Counted from the first letter of the stretch, positions 54,401 through 56,747 are shown. The stretch is 64,000 nt of DNA from Diplonema japonicum (GCA_964019335.1 OZ025713.1:186001-250000); one strand, 5' to 3'. The notes: generated by a model from the sequence alone, not told the origin. Numbers and translations are program-made.

Positions 54401-56747
54401 GGTACATGTACAGCACAGCTGACGACTTCGCCACGAAGAAATAATCATCTTGGTACCATGTCACGGCGTAATACCCTGATGTTGTGGTCAACAAGGATAA
54501 GCTTGTCGTGCTCACAATGTTGTAAAGTACCGTTCCCCCGCCACGTATACCAAATATAAGTGTAGAGCTGGACGCAGCAGCGAACACATCGCTGGTAGAC
54601 GTCATTGTTATCCCGGTGATGGCAACGCTCGACAGTGTAACACGAGACGCCGCATCTATTACAAAGATCGTGGAGGCCGTGATGTAGTAAAAGTAACCTC
54701 TTGGGTCGGCAACGAGCAGCAGCGCAGGGGAGCTGTCAATGTGGAACGCCGTTCCGTAGTAAGTATCGTCGATCACCGTGTGAACAAGTCCCCCTGCCGC
54801 ATCTGTGAACATGAACATCGACCCATTCGTGGCGACCTTTCCCGTTGCAAGAGCAAAGTTCGATGTGATATCGTACGTGGCGTTCAGGGTGTTGTTCGAC
54901 AGGTCCAAGCTAACAATGTTCCCCGCAGATGCCTTCGACGTTACCATATGTGCGACATCGCCCACCACAGCAAGCGTTGCATCCGTTAAAAAATAAGCAA
55001 CAGAGTCCTCCAAGATATACCCAGAATAAACCAGCCCAGCAGGGTCGAACGCAGGCGTTTCTGCAGGAGGCGGGACAGGCGTATCAGGAGCTGGCGTATT
55101 CGCATTATAATTAGTCCATCGATAATATGAAAGCACCTCGGATTGCGAGAAAATTGACAAGGCAGAACTCCCCAATGCCGCACCAACAACTTCGACCGAA
55201 TTGAAATAATAAGTTGATATCGTACTCAGCGTCAGGCCTGCTCCGGACCCGGATATGTGCATTTCAATGAAGTAACCGCAGGTTCCGGTGCACATGCATA
55301 CAAGCTTGGATCCGCTAACGTGGAGCGAGAAGGGTCCTATCGTCGTCATGACGCTCATCGTTGCGAACCCGCTAGACTGGACGTTCAGCCCTGACAGCGT
55401 GTCGTTGTCGTAAGACATCACAAAATCGTTTCCAGTATAGGCTGCAACGGAAATCACGGCGAACGAGGTGTCGGACGATTTGAACTGAGGGTCTGAAACA
55501 TTGCTGACATCCCAGAAATGCAGCCCGTCAAGATCGCCGACGAGCACCCAGCTGTCCGAAGCGGCTGCCACGGGGCTCGTGAGGTTCAGTGAATGCGCTA
55601 GTGTAGCCTTAACCGTCAGAGAATTCGATGCAATTGTCATCGTAATGAGGTCCGTCGCGGTGATGAGAAACAGCTTATCATAACTCGGAGCAGCCACAGT
55701 CATTGTAAGGACGACATCATTGGTAACGAACAACCTGTGGTTAATGATCCCAGTACTCTGATACGCGGTGACGTACCCCGAGTCCACGCCGTACGCCCAG
55801 TTCCCCGTCGTCAGCAGCAACTCTGGTGTGAGTGTGGCTGAATTACTACTTACAAAGACGGAATCGCTTGATGAGTAAGCCCGCAAACTACCGACGTAGA
55901 CGATAAAATTCGATGAAAAAACTGCACCCGCGGTAACGTTCCCATATGCAGATACATCCACCGTTCTGTTGCCGAAGAATTCAACCGCGCTGAGCGACTC
56001 CGCTTCGCGCTGAAAGACCGCTTTGTGAGCGCTGTGTCGTCCCGCCCCGCGCATCTCACGCGGCTTCACCGATCTGAACCGGTACTGTTTTTTAACACGC
56101 TGCCGTTTCTGTCTGCCGAGGGTTGTTGCATAGCGTTGCCCCGACATTGCGTTGGGCTGTGCGATGCAGGATCCGTTCGCGGAGCACATGGTGGTAGAAG
56201 GGTTGCACATGCAGTGCCCGCCCGTTAAAATAGTATTGTCAAGACACGTTCCGTTCAACGTTTGGTTTTGAACCTTTAAAGTGCAGACGCACGATCCATC
56301 GAGACATGGCCCCGACTTGTAGAAGGAAGGACTGAACGAGCAGCTAGCAGACATTGGATCACGAAGACAGTTTGGCGCAGTACATGAAGAGTCTGTACAG
56401 GTAGCTGGCGGGCCAGCATTCCAACCCATTGGAAAGATGAGGCCGTCTGTCGAAATTTGGTATCCACCGCAAAGAGGTTCACCACTACACAGTGACTTGA
56501 TACATTGAAGATTCGGGCCTGTTGTGGTGTAAGCAATAGTTGATTCCAGTAAGGCGCCGGTGGTTGGGTCGGCGAAGTCCAAGCAGAATGTTTCTCCTGG
56601 CCATATCCCGTTCTCGCCACACATTATGGGGCCTTCCTCGTTGAACCCGAGTCCCGTGCACTTTCCCTTGAACTCCACCCAGGTGTCGGCCGAGTTGCAT
56701 GTTTGAGCGACTACAAAGCCGGCCACGGTGATCACTACCGCAGCCAT
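18498..56747 (-). CDS. Giant 12,749-aa multi-domain cell-surface polytopic membrane protein
   Basis: 38,250 bp without a stop codon or homopolymer interruption. Hydrophobic N-terminus, many recognisable extracellular modules and about 9 C-terminal TM helices including LGFLYSGFREKRYYWEMIIMIRK. Confidence 0.93.
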   Translation of the reverse strand: MAAVVITVAGFVVAQTCNSADTWVEFKGKCTGLGFNEEGPIMCGENGIWPGETFCLDFADPTTGALLESTIAYTTTGPNLQCIKSLCSGEPLCGGYQISTDGLIFPMGWNAGPPATCTDSSCTAPNCLRDPMSASCSFSPSFYKSGPCLDGSCVCTLKVQNQTLNGTCLDNTILTGGHCMCNPSTTMCSANGSCIAQPNAMSGQRYATTLGRQKRQRVKKQYRFRSVKPREMRGAGRHSAHKAVFQREAESLSAVEFFGNRTVDVSAYGNVTAGAVFSSNFIVYVGSLRAYSSSDSVFVSSNSATLTPELLLTTGNWAYGVDSGYVTAYQSTGIINHRLFVTNDVVLTMTVAAPSYDKLFLITATDLITMTIASNSLTVKATLAHSLNLTSPVAAASDSWVLVGDLDGLHFWDVSNVSDPQFKSSDTSFAVISVAAYTGNDFVMSYDNDTLSGLNVQSSGFATMSVMTTIGPFSLHVSGSKLVCMCTGTCGYFIEMHISGSGAGLTLSTISTYYFNSVEVVGAALGSSALSIFSQSEVLSYYRWTNYNANTPAPDTPVPPPAETPAFDPAGLVYSGYILEDSVAYFLTDATLAVVGDVAHMVTSKASAGNIVSLDLSNNTLNATYDITSNFALATGKVATNGSMFMFTDAAGGLVHTVIDDTYYGTAFHIDSSPALLLVADPRGYFYYITASTIFVIDAASRVTLSSVAITGITMTSTSDVFAAASSSTLIFGIRGGGTVLYNIVSTTSLSLLTTTSGYYAVTWYQDDYFFVAKSSAVLYMYHIVPTPYTYTLVSSLSFSWNTATTREWRTVGTDVYGLCYGSCSQFVVIDVTFNERPSLRGVYDIPDSDNETVSSFATDSHYIVVTQSRMHLYTTASATTEPTPVPTPQPTSSTGTDLSYTGTGGFPTFVTGMVQSGDYLWVASQNYVWVYVVPTGASLTTYANIPLGQTSLGITPLSPGRVLINLASSPVIYVLDTAGILMYSGLSFTPDVAAYASNYIFVVNTVSIEKLNAETLASDTLLSVGLTSPVLVAVSSDGSVLVIGNGPYVNVYNASSGITQTDQFTSMTPTSITYMTEQGGTYYFAATVSSGVQLFSVTGGTKALGTLYPVTSQQKIAYGYDMLVTVCDPTPCSSGEAWNASDPAALTDRFTLSYPSSLTPVSTVVGTEFYFVGVNSQLYWWARSLPTPVQPPFSPPVDPPVLPPYSPPTDSTYTLFNTESFSTNITRVAAIGTIAIVLDGTTAWVSDLNATGSNSTDLGMTSSIYVLDSGQYFYITSDSQITSVTSAGSNTSSITTTGTTYAATSDGSEVSYIVTGSSIYKYQFYAGISPSLALTTAHSFSVGSAVFRAAACGSWLLVAHEFSTQTVYVYSASNLVINTSVPFGNNINSMTLLKEVSTTCYFGIGTTADMVVFVASDTSMYISSTVITSPVQHVCAQGDTAVAVCAGSCDAYYTIDITTPSAATLVSTHMLPEANDTIGCALSSTKLAVASGSSLFTFDRINVTFTPVATPVYVAPPVDPPVLPPYSPPTDSTYTLFNTESFTNITGVAAIGTTGVVLDGTTAWVSDLNATGSNSTDLGMTSSIYVLDSGQYFYITSDSQITSVTSAGSNTSSITTTGTTYAATSDGSEVSYIVTGSSIYKYQFYAGISPSLALTTAHSFSVGSAVFRAAACGSWLLVAHEFSTQTVYVYSASNLVINTSVPFGNNINSMTLLKEVSTTCYFGIGTTADMVVFVASDTSMYISSTVITSPVQHVCAQGDTAVAVCAGSCDAYYTIDITTPSAATLVSTHMLPAVNDTIGCALSSTKLAVASGSSLFTFDRSNVSFTPVATPVYFAPPVDPPVEPPTAPTLYGLSVTAAATTSNNIGFAVTSDTNTVYTTSSGLIRQFDVGTAPPVALVDIVAVPSADLVASNATHLFVHGSSNIYLMSGTVYTTSHYLGTAVVAMTVQGENLFLVTGSALLHFTVSSSFNLISVMSVSSVPHSIAASDDHVVLASSSGYVVYTIAGLTTFWSGSDIATDVAFVSSSTAVSGVSYFVFSGNAVFQLKVIEVHSSHGMVNTVNTFASLSGLSRVSVSSGLLVALCDACQTVYTYNVSDVSNIVDLGTFSASEIGGTAPGAAVLPESYLLLSATYLTRYDRTTYVGYPATPVDNSTAPVDNSTVPVDNSTAPVDNTTTTTILYGLSENGFVMTSGNGDLAVTSDTNMAYTTSAGMIRQFDVSTNPPTFLYSIAAVPMADLVSSNATHLFAHGTGTVYLMDGMIAVTSYFVGSSNALAMTVRGGNIYVATSTSLTHLTASSTAFNFITSAPGSFMPPVSIAASDDHVIVTDANGYSVYSVSGLSSFWSGSDVATDVAVIESSVSGNSYFALAGLGGSLPHHLKVIEVLGSFGMVNDLRTFTLDGLSHVSVSSGLLVALCDACQTVYTYNVSDVFNIVDLGSFSMLETGGTAAGAVVTDDMYLLLSMSQLTRYDRVTHTGYATVPVDPTPTGPFYGLQEIGNVMTSGNDGLAVTSDTNMAYTTSAGMIRQFDVSTNPPTFLYSIAAVPMADLVSSNATHLFAHGTGTVYLMDGMIAVTSYFVGSSNALAMTVRGGNIYVATSTSLTHLTASSTAFNFITSAPGSFMPPVSIAASDDHVIVTDANGYSVYSVSGLSSFWSGSDVATDVAVIESSVSGNSYFALAGLGGSLPHHLKVIEVLGSFGMVNDLRTFTLDGLSHVSVSSGLLVALCDACQTVYTYNVSDVFNIVDLGSFSMIETGGTAAGAVVTDDMYLLLSMSQLTRYDRVTHTGYATVPVDPTPTGPFYGLQETGNVMTSGNDGLAVTSDTNMAYTTSAGMIRQFDIGTDPPAVLVDIAAVPMADLVSSNATHLFAHGTGTVYLMDGMIAVTSYFVGSSNALAMTVRGGNIYVATSTSLTHLTASSTAFNFITSAPGSFMPPVSIAASDDHVIVTDANGYSVYSVSGLSSFWSGSDVATDVAVIESSVSGNSYFALAGLGGSLPHHLKVIEVLGSFGMVNDLRTFTLDGLSHVSVSSGLLVALCDACQTVYTYNVSDIYNIVDLGSFSMLETGGTAAGAVVTDDMYLLLSMSQLTRYDRVAYTGYATVPVDPTPTGPFYGLQETGNVMTSGNDGLAVTSDTNMAYTTSAGMIRQFDIGTNPPMLMVDIAAVPMADLVSSNETHLFAHGTGTVYLMDGMIAVTSYFVGSSNALAMTVRGGNIYVATSTSLTHLTASSTAFNFITSAPGSFMPPVSIAASDDHVIVTDANGYSVYSVSGLSSFWSGSDVATDVAVIESSVSGNSYFALAGLGGSLPHHLKVIEVLGSFGMVNDLRTFTLDGLSHVSVSSGLLVALCDACQTVYTYNVSDIYNIVDLGSFSMLETGGTAAGAVVTDDMYLLLSMSQLTRYDRVAYTGYATVPVDPTPTGPFYGLQETGNVMTSGNDGLAVMSDTNMAYTTSAGMIRQFDIGTDPPTVLVDIAAVPMADLVSSNATHLFAIGGTTLYLMDGMAILASYNVNSGVFTFTVRGNNIYAVTENSVLQFTASTVGFNVVANVSGSFMPPVSIAASDDHVIVSDQSGLHIYSLPGLHFFISGIDIVKEIAVIETSSSSGNSYFALAGLGGSLPHHLKVIEVLGTGGTQDLRTFTLDGLSHVSVSSGLLVALCDACQTVYTYNVSDIYNIVDLGSFSMLETGGTAAGAVVTDDMYLLLSMSQLTRYDRVTHTGYGMQTNTPGGAGFSLISTITSNGGPVIDMAMAGGALFVIEGSNITRYDTNLSPPASVGTLTPAGQPGHIVTNGVEFFVSIGVSLQKVDSSGGLMSSVIVGEVANTLCTNGAEIFYISGNTVHVIDAGAMFLVSNQTLYSPISAAAYCATSSSWLIVGDATAGLQKYQLFAGMPPMFSGFDSTFATCLEFLRTENGNSYFVMGDGMEMKIYEVSNDPSIFWTFVSSVITGPLHHLAVHDNAVLGLCGGLGCGTFYFMETSTITAPSTVTTLSLMNMVDHPMTGFLTSMHYAVAIGNNLEFYEWLSTPSPGTSPGGGCSSFLTPDLILASSVGSVGGMPCNAETPNVPMCNNDVWCPVTSGPTEWLLVRFPEVSEVVSFVLKSNLNTASVSSLTLEYSNDTSTWTTGYTGPVTPPLSCPSMSYPLVPSIFARYVRIANMMGTPDVSLSVQFYGCSSNSPGDDCANGACPSDQTCFDRDNVANGMGYSCSCIPPLAGRADNGHAVCEHVCSQAFPHSGNPPMPVSPGMQNTYCCATPTCDTTANPIGIPTRDYACLDNGMCADYQWLNPVSTGLCSDPRWAGICQLTCNTCAATVDDCSTMSCPDGCTDSDGMLNGMGAECTCTANSDMPQCRSMRGSFNCADCPVTCGMCIGSCSNAALCQGVTPFCRDLDGVLDRDGVYCSETPVDDCLTNPCTSSQTCSDPDGVANNQYFCSCLEPLIGSSVSEPASCMSTCSPEYPVYDGMANMCCDIPPPLPGTCIPCNYTSCFDNTPSSCMDAAGCSNMVCSGFYSAGPVFDYRVAYACPVLCGTCGVTDCSVNPCTKEMLCHDDDGVKDGNYRCSCRWPAVNVNGICEAPCKASHPVPRIGIMGRSICCSSDGTECIPCPSDICGSRAETDHPQCGTDASNSSWCDNANVSLPDGWFTGTQLCPVTCVASVVLDTLKCPVSYPYSSANGSSCCPYPNANECPYSCENKTCEDHGCVDTSLCVRWGISQCNARLNALTGTTDYPPTYKVRDLCPMKCMMCLPDDCKNGTRRCRGDTDSTQTCTDTDALFDRNFMCECTGAYSGVGTSAPAQCNFAYCGLSGVWQAEWNDLRCDDTRLRSTLRIYSNGSVETLFDTQGPRGSLGKTPNGSVILMWGNHTEIFTDISVVPLVLHGMHSFRGQRCGEMVLTRFQEITDGTRCTSVGSTGVCPPEHPQSTGLRGTCESTDSLGSILCPEWPCDNGVLPHIPSEPYTLVGQGKCRDGYDTINGWTIYLEASSDVVLSETRCRGFCTEMRENCVGYELTRIGGQGGRLLCTVFDPDGRATLGWTWTAVGGTGGGGIPTSIVETTDLSSCFRKDSAYVPAAELQATANGCCSTPIETVLVQSDVSTCEAECAQNTRCIAVERSLSTSECILIEANVVGLEPSCLDKSCVFKTSNVEMKPNTTSNCCFVNSVQLKDMLASFSCGTDAACSEACLADSTCTAYEVQTDGTACQECWLFRSPLPNSFTRDACVSQSQCYVKEPAPYQFAHGMVQCEDGKLPIEDETECYAAADALHIFYSKPTSPLNTDEYPAGCWNDQSNNRVYFNTAGGDTSMITCPAVMQRCHVICKTAPAPPTISGWETCVHSNTASFVGPYFPAIGNASTGYCYSACVGYQFFSFQFDAEGKSVCWCMDTFPASSPTADECKQCAATVYPGGPLVSCIYRRRASGCSIELGAGRCREGDNLIVASLLECEASCVSDGTCTHMSWSQQDASCIITHGPCEHEPSLRYFLYERNVCPDDTPIQKPEKPVAQAWPFQKSIEGGGTCNARPISPEESQRAGWCGYPATNSVCKQSLDDYSVGPFVKDGVCLCKLEDTAVNLGECSEIDGLCKPHTPQPTPAPTPAPTPRPLENTAGIVVGEFLGEGYCVDRDGRRFTEYALVLTGDIGPSYLGNTYWENHCRDLALSIAKTNCFVRGVAFQGAAPPMEGPKCILSIKAGETLTFTVDTDGLWEAVRDGASDEYPSQGDGTADLICFLYIGGRCTEADECDGCDTTCTVVEGKCRDDAGGLCSSAVCGAVELFRQVCDAGTSEGLGLTNKLETEWLDPAVTEYITVVSSSDGYAHQYEYVFVTDKESCEAAGYAPVVTSKQCQAALCALADVNYLADLPVPDPANRTAGQIPTGCSARCVSDTAQCEFLASWFELTTTEPSSCITAGKKNVRCVCLRDLGPPVVYNETCKANTEEEFIIQTFGPGCGSTPIKLAIGGTLSVSEIVDVTSPDECRAAVCQLYKTQILNGTLPTWGSYPVYDAGEARSSYTGKLESGYKTSQTGGVTDPASIGDERWQGGCSVVLGSDGDITRPFRVWFHPENQCPGHNTSSPTAASCTLDNGCTLLPDGNCTAIREGFGLCTSVLPCICKKKAAPIVVKMKTVEVSLAFIVSEEEFNNMLGDNPTPAAKAQLKALFDDITSALSVGLPMDAVVSIASVRYHFSESETGPYILWEELQRKLQQQQGAYLEVVSEITTPETTAADVAAQVTETVTSSATIGSFPVIAELIAVATQEEQVVTTGEEFIVNQNCPIATDFWGSGEVKMCNPCAGNTDPSTPCGGTDSTEAGLEIQVNVTEGMVKNVVFNSYSVSDVDSAAVTLTVKKRVVSGKAILGLMVGDEPDMDLTNAMMSDGVTRFHCRGHAGSGGGTSACTINACGPFVVGLKALGGDATVSLSICYPSGAARECPCDKVASDGKVHGKCVLAKPAKTLEDASGILVEVPSVTCECDENFGVRQTSGELDCTQCEAGRFPVPGSQLWDLNAEVVSYLQTSLAAPACSLECALCGDISCGEYDPETERCSCLGELTGPTCENPCARGKYGTFCNETFAQLTYMVPKLFNPSGDGGGGTTSKWLPPPWNVAPNSDASVQLQGIQSGSVVKMTLRAMKTTHGETATSTTAYPAKTTLAVDAAYYGPAPSSWSDQNAEHKLHVLLDRSVYVYKYTNSKFVLETSSLITEYYAVMNLDACSDPLIFGTGYNKDYDAAIYYKPTTTDPMVEVVGWLIFMKGDKICMATGADGRFDKTRALENGFNSVHSMFQVPWTSLHSETMLDERVNAFSPKFNTSCRWSDGLPQLCMDAGKADATWGAVGVYDDSLVMLTDNDVARKLPGLNTLCCTASTDCNCGIGIAAAATNEHTRLGPQAEAAFQLYPLNDMFVSTTTRSLFDDASFDPESFRPVALASSTQGAPTLVFDEFEVRVLNGLNRFKAVTGELLEGLGIPSKLVIEQSSTATINAAANVITGSRSLSFTVTVQDEKGVDTPLENDAIIPSLEECGQPFSTAVEQAITTLNPILQDSSSAPLREYLLDENDCKPATKATLVGPDANGVTTIAGSKTTVFQFRKLAVSHDGIYRVVFKHAKSSASVRSALIQVVPTDCNAADLWTGAVECQRDCTDTTVNPGWNGLQCGLDISSNKNWVQLEMEVAGYIAMEATLAMVQTCCSGHGLCCVGQQTCSDNYVDQGNDESRCTCIETLANGYWDQRQNCTSCKTGYGGDACTVFDGQYTREETIGGSKTAGGRDVVVASVHPETQVLVNVTSISGDADFALSFVSCPGQSSIRDLSRLEVNQIAVPCSGRGECSFDYNTGKAQCSCEDGYHGSDCSSVCCSLHGSCTGDNSVCTCFDNVARGRWSPSGTYCSGSGCTYKGGSETFNTAECLYVKDGKYRSCNAEPYAIPSNTSARVWVGWRDIPVPTDGKLEYAAILVNEATNHCRRKQQVHIYATHRLGSVNGSMPSANDTRTVNGSAADDYSPCNAVLPSTQTVECGPDASLDMNKCICNAGKKCLLGRCLSSQEVNMCDERGVQGTGCEADWPMQEEQDGTCKCTTTQDISDEMGRTSCFEGVCLPVLRSLGCSWEAERYHGRVYDEAGVDEELRWTGVAPEEDQQFFYEVVSYVQEESVLGRSRTIDITDWLGRATKYMNVPTMGLSFVFVTESDGEDDCQPAATDHKLVLKHSGHRQPSRLFLAMETPRLSQHQHGQPYLSLFTADALTSLAPWLSDDASGARALRRYDKTGSSRPDGSACFGCPCPKELFFQDPIDFTQIGEYMFFLAVSDWEGVADEGEHPCNPVHRSSTIFQGSREVFYTKGLPWSKEGSTFGQVTSSSLRIGSPVYPDFHSSLSDTERKREMYGMRVYTRAKELTKMTVSQQGGAKEEVLVLISTDGGGDTVSDTSVQTQISSDIYPQVWKMSLNSATGLPDQAEIATPGVRFPSYLTKVALPTQDALFFLGEQVPASTPNSFDYTPLGDSYGYGGRTASHQYLIATKLSVYVSFGAVGDATVLVGAADVLPHCHHVQGHPGFVYYNNAVYFYFDSMSGEGLKLYKWPLGSNKANVVVLHTNTGVLSPYIPPLSVGYAPIIESGGRLVLSMTPKNTTQQQHGCVELQGCNGNTLLHTYQKYFECMDSQRGNVELWWYEDDQHFDLISDDNGDDTASDPIWMHPAEDGSGFFWVGHDEGTSTTGIFLTNSSDHPMPQFSSQVQQTLWYTRTNAQQWESTAVWRTNAPVKISRLETWDDTTLFWAYDPSELNLTYESATLDPNSSCYPPGRIQGVLSRYDNADYYTKVMTGVNIPAYDGCKRNLYKIAKRAGGMWDVEEVVEGGSEDGLGVPNKHCCNRDIIGAFYDSNQTWPTNPALQAGRSCLVSDNITNCRPEPHQVPALPKGCLSCYRNNTQTTNFVYSNYMAPDSLKYSTETLWTTPHAGWWFAGFQSIWKDTNSSTFTGEELYRPGGFAWREHWPRTMGAWEEKTVALRNDCEDCKPGYYGESCNKACPMPTCEGLSRDACRDPSCTWEVATEECTANYCSGYGCFDGIFGNGTCDCDMSTMGIACDQAGPFSFAEYVVSGDAGVRIISTQCETNGACSPTVEQCQETAYFCGANNDEPCCGRGPEPMKVTSTEYAFLAFTGVELDLQGRSEYDIDSMTLRLWEANGRCENASSEGVTLSFYVVPSLSTSSWMVTRHGRSFEANLSGPTAVEVLQSKVLVATETVSATQEGHELRVSISHADLLDAYGVQQNGSSAVGAGGSNVNAIDITFAIIGESGCVAMFTPREYRSDWAAVCSVDNGKPGCGSVGLPSSNTSTYVKEDVNHASRLLLAFKDVSSNAEIGGMLRTEPRSFLADVDTTPDVSLMRGSVSNAVEDALFVETSCIALTKEAVERCSVMSPIDSGFLVVRILGFSLEATYNLSVGWTPTGQFEATQRLGSCKQGSRTGHWDGAFCSECRYRFGGSGCNQYSPEVCGDNNCAADSGECKAYPVMENLYERCNCKEGLFGMECDKTCPNGCSGHGICSEQGECLCTQNADNGFWSSGDCGICAEGYFHANCSVPCGCNSNFGKCNTSDSEGACVTDGDCTGNRVGKFCEDCRPGFYAYGSTCDKVCNETTCVNGVCSVDGDCECENTEGWYANPAGLCAIFCNETTCNGHGDCPAAGASVTVPCTCHGSVTQGFWDPTSECGTCAEAYWGQDCTLECLCNLHGTCNRESGACICYDDDIRGHFQGDACQQCAQGYSGDCTVRETTVGVPQLGKAYDLVAPGTTEKDAGRTVKTGALFYLTSMELLARIDGVNYQSGSVADEEAALVESETAAAKGDSGATEFLFAASGSRDPVTNTVPVEMWSKGLSTSTDFRGSYDRRLGVHTLYSSGSIAGERVLGMFQDRRFLYFVVGDDTDSYLGRVWAVFTPKCNFCLLPVGSDNTLHGIGGLDGSSNPFTGDSTCSAGCAEGQQVIVPSSTKPDGVAGVVVQVELDSSGVSRLWVRTEHMTPCEGTQCHASDQSLHLYSAEEVRPLVTVAWWENPSDGADSSEVTSWAFVSEVHTCFAIVKDTDNSAQVTYYLRSMRTDLTNELFLNGSYLLRAFREVQSMSVDASESRSPFALLLGVAKNGVSLLQKIFLPTPEEPTFRQVVDLVPSVCLLYNCLRFEGVQYLTRSLSVQTDSGMFKSDISTALLFVETEVVVDALSGLTDTVFAVQRLDLANLKEPSVLPNVEHPWCAKFETRDTCEAARCNWIQERCVRIMVDILKQTEGRQGIGGFAMDDKGLLYYSVGAKTAGSPSKVFKIDALTLKTRQERTMGYGNSLNEIEVVVEASMDRARRALFVLHHMQKTAISVLNAYDVTAITPNVSDAPMAGTNITVTGDGFSTLGGRFTPKCMIGNELYNATFTHGENGVVGMVCHAAVPEKGYSECNWISLEVAINEADLRWTETKTPARRVDTPLILGLGTAGSPGNWVHPYASVEDLPTTVNTITSDQKLSSIEIDKDSKTLRIAGPVKDSFGGTHERLIQTTPSGPYNEEVVVTVKGAGFFESPFAKCVVNGEARPATFLTTVKMLCLQPVFEKPFETAVEVTMDGQIYSTDAKVYYGIGRPASIEAFVLCDEDPSDPKACLTVPRKPSANLVVLNDVAVVFKDELGRFVGSVWVGPVGTAEIKPPKNFVFTANSTLTATPTNGAAVFSYLATEQPLASNYVFTVTYTETTSGVLFETQVSLTIVGGVPHAAKLDVKPPSYSNNREVLSPQPVVQVVDPANNPVEQVVWKVECTLDRSTLPKELVDPVTSGSLIKLSEATASLDPATISFPFKNLRISTTLVGRSAEFKQISSVAYERLYFTIIFTVIYANGTRVPGLNQMQSTLRMVDCSSSYVGNTKLSWIEPEEQPAGTSLPFYIKGWKYTDIGTSGDYYCVMRDADTGLYKTAVKAVFVDSCTLECLPPQEYRLIAGMDLVQPALCCGADCIDGSVCQNTGSVGYNETKLKLFYYHKYVGDSAAMRVWNLNTSLGVTAPEFHPYSAALAQQTNVAQYASVNVSLSNGVRFFHSGDFANGQFDRTDFNFQLLMYSDHVVNRQTVIRADTWTTLAGVQLGTLDDWERKATVQGLRGANMDTRLRVAIVDGVVGLNKWLGSFTAVHKQLLLEETGKKLSADKVTVTLEVSPVATFKDDTGVHVASLNPIRVGAIIRVDGKRSSSNRFTHTFNNSYAEFPEVEMEMPAKGDYVINLNPSNKQLGTVSLFITVLEGLPHHVEFDKEGQIGWTGGKDGLPKSTLTNKRELTTQPRLRLLDVARNTLTALPTAHVIHARVWSVSPWPRCRPQPCTNCTEDLTLPGMWGVEDRTDKGDCPWNTPDPSISGGGLPDPTFGSNGIAEFGSTSRTASLNIWAKDEGSTYTVTFHFYGPGLENFGYNLPLLTSPSIPASFCEPNCNDRKICAMLPRKFGQSTTASALGEKLIIFGDYYNFAQSGEQDSSLRVMLTHRIKQVDFPCVLPAKLRDPCSVTINVPTCHFYCLNYFTAADYTDRDRELCCSTNFKEDQTPCTATGVGRHAQILQAAVSGLATALTSPASTSLAVATSCSATGTCANALANAATTTGPPKIGPPAQLGVHESHILTGDHRVKTSANNVASFVIRITSKDESGNDLLERDTARRRVRIYLEKQVSSQDNGWVTGDCTPVSYKPNTCLPHSITNQKLCSNSETECVRIVNTTGHDISDEAEMVNGVANFNISLQSPKEADYGIQVEDITPAAWSGGTTRLPSCTGPHVVNGVDVGTGPNEARGRLPYPDSVICAENTGRRSVYAFRVVRGEPFKLNWVSTPTTVIDNANTQNTQYILQVTDFAGNVLDRTDIKDANGNQLTIQVQVTKRVPQLWDNSTGPILFRRRGEDYTDKRIRELQDLGCFFSVVGAADSTALLGSGRDTTQIVFSFERFKLWRGMQCDLEWKVVDTTANPAQNELARSLNANTNPPIEATVRAQDCCANTETTKCALFSYSFEFGCIDHINDRLKSGPQNPSTGLGSAFIGVDKSNPYGCLYECGTCETGMDCYGNVTITTQSEYYREPNTYKGFECKPGNCVGGNLGFGLGELGQPSALNETDETRAAMQCEVGNKGPLCGVCIHEPSADAPNGYARNADNCAKCPSPGVNYLLLGVSALVMLLVILVMIVVNLQTGEVVQETPKVSVMIKMLMNHIQVSALSGDFAVKWGSLMEDTFDSQSKTTPTSNVVSVSCATQASYYTTFIGWMVLPVLIIVLPGIVILIIQFKRKVSGGAEEELKIPEANLECQSVYHWAYDWCVDDRDKRLLRRRLEEFASLHPSEKKLLKLNLEVSKKIDPKKIPSTTGLSALTAYPHASETYQPTKIQGLSFSSNGVITSPSDGEILWEVDITAGTHGCWLCKRCCVLERLFPNPGVGRLGTDDQMIEFLKGTWYSCEIESHMVNRAVLQHLFRGELLISVLARYDLVTSFEKKCVNQSKRNKVFLEKVVSELFPISESGNREQRERDVQKRKYATSTLPPYPVVQHPMLPFPSGDDGEATTSVYFDGSCEFAKGKAAIKLKKFSNNADHYFKEHSENDCLAVATPVIEDSLKAEKVSTPGQDSVFKYLRTDPVTGNTAEYFSSEDPITPPRTPKSGITGLRPTISVARHAGDDTARIAVPSWYIQAEFQWLEEAAAIRTANSLLEVPVDGKGHPVFSILELSKMVSYPQIYAAARLRRMGDKIQGWVDRGFPEAEIQRRLTDHGSYADAAKNDPQTAKRARESLTGNERRGTIQLREEDIQDTAVLLEQEFNRNEQKLARVAELDRKMEVIENCDLCHSDFAVWMCPLCNAHYCELCDRSMHHFGERSHHQRVKPQPKASPLVEAGYELTLKLTDIYTVSVIVIIFLIYPSLMKEIALMLNCTEEICVEEGKCHKFLDEDPAVDCSESPYPTFQFMAFLLFITYGFGLPFFGYLQLRKVRGALRSKEVMSTLGFLYSGFREKRYYWEMIIMIRKMLLVFIVVFMSQEARYQLYCAMWLMSVFALLNIFLKPFKYSILWRLENLSLISITVTLNIGILYLEELSSSARFAVTLIIFLCNMVVYVVFARYIGEQLKEEIFARVDEDNSGDVTCDEVSKYVNMQWKQAKPSIFMTNQEQWMQTLNERMRTKWLRYAKLQREALRGVGTPSVGLTQSCLVGYWNDYYESRDPRQNRFSIVLDLRSGKPRKAVIKKKAFDEDEMLDHWQVSYGEVIPNDDNNGGTTGAQRRTLDNFENGTDDDGADKHRADFPLSGRINNDEPENLEKE
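19014..19049 (-). other. EF-hand loop in the C-terminal tail of the giant protein
   Basis: DEDNSGDVTCDE fits the 12-residue DxDxxGxVxxxE pattern. Confidence 0.7.
19090..21903 (-). other. About 9-TM TRP/Flc(PF06011)-like membrane domain split by a long loop
   Basis: Hydrophobic helices from VNYLLLGVSALVMLL to AVTLIIFLCNMVVYVVF; motifs IKMLMNHIQ, FLIYPSL, GFLYSGF..YYWE..RK, KPF and LENLSL. Confidence 0.7.
19798..19913 (-). other. B-box-type zinc finger inside the large loop of the membrane domain
   Basis: CDLC-x8-CPLC-x4-CELCDRSMH-x6-HHQR. Confidence 0.8.
44248..44658 (-). other. F5/8 type C (discoidin) domain in the giant protein
   Basis: WCP...EWLLVRF...VSSLTLEYSND..TW...PSIFARYVRI...LSVQFYGC. 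Confidence 0.8.
45600..51195 (-). repeat. Coding tandem repeat with a 930-bp (310-aa) period: four near-identical units, one mosaic unit and one diverged unit
   Basis: AGYTGTGACATCGACAACAA recurs at 45634, 46561, 47491, 48421 and 49351; a diverged homologue lies at about 50330-51195. Confidence 0.95.
50221..50305 (-). repeat. 21-bp coding minisatellite (PVDNSTA-like x4), a linker with N-glycosylation sequons
   Basis: TPVDNSTAPVDNSTVPVDNSTAPVDNTTTT. Confidence 0.85.
51226..53160 (-). repeat. Coding tandem duplication with a period of about 960 bp (320 aa), two near-identical copies
   Basis: 51241 onward matches 52201 onward almost base for base; a 3-nt indel lies near the unit start. Confidence 0.95.
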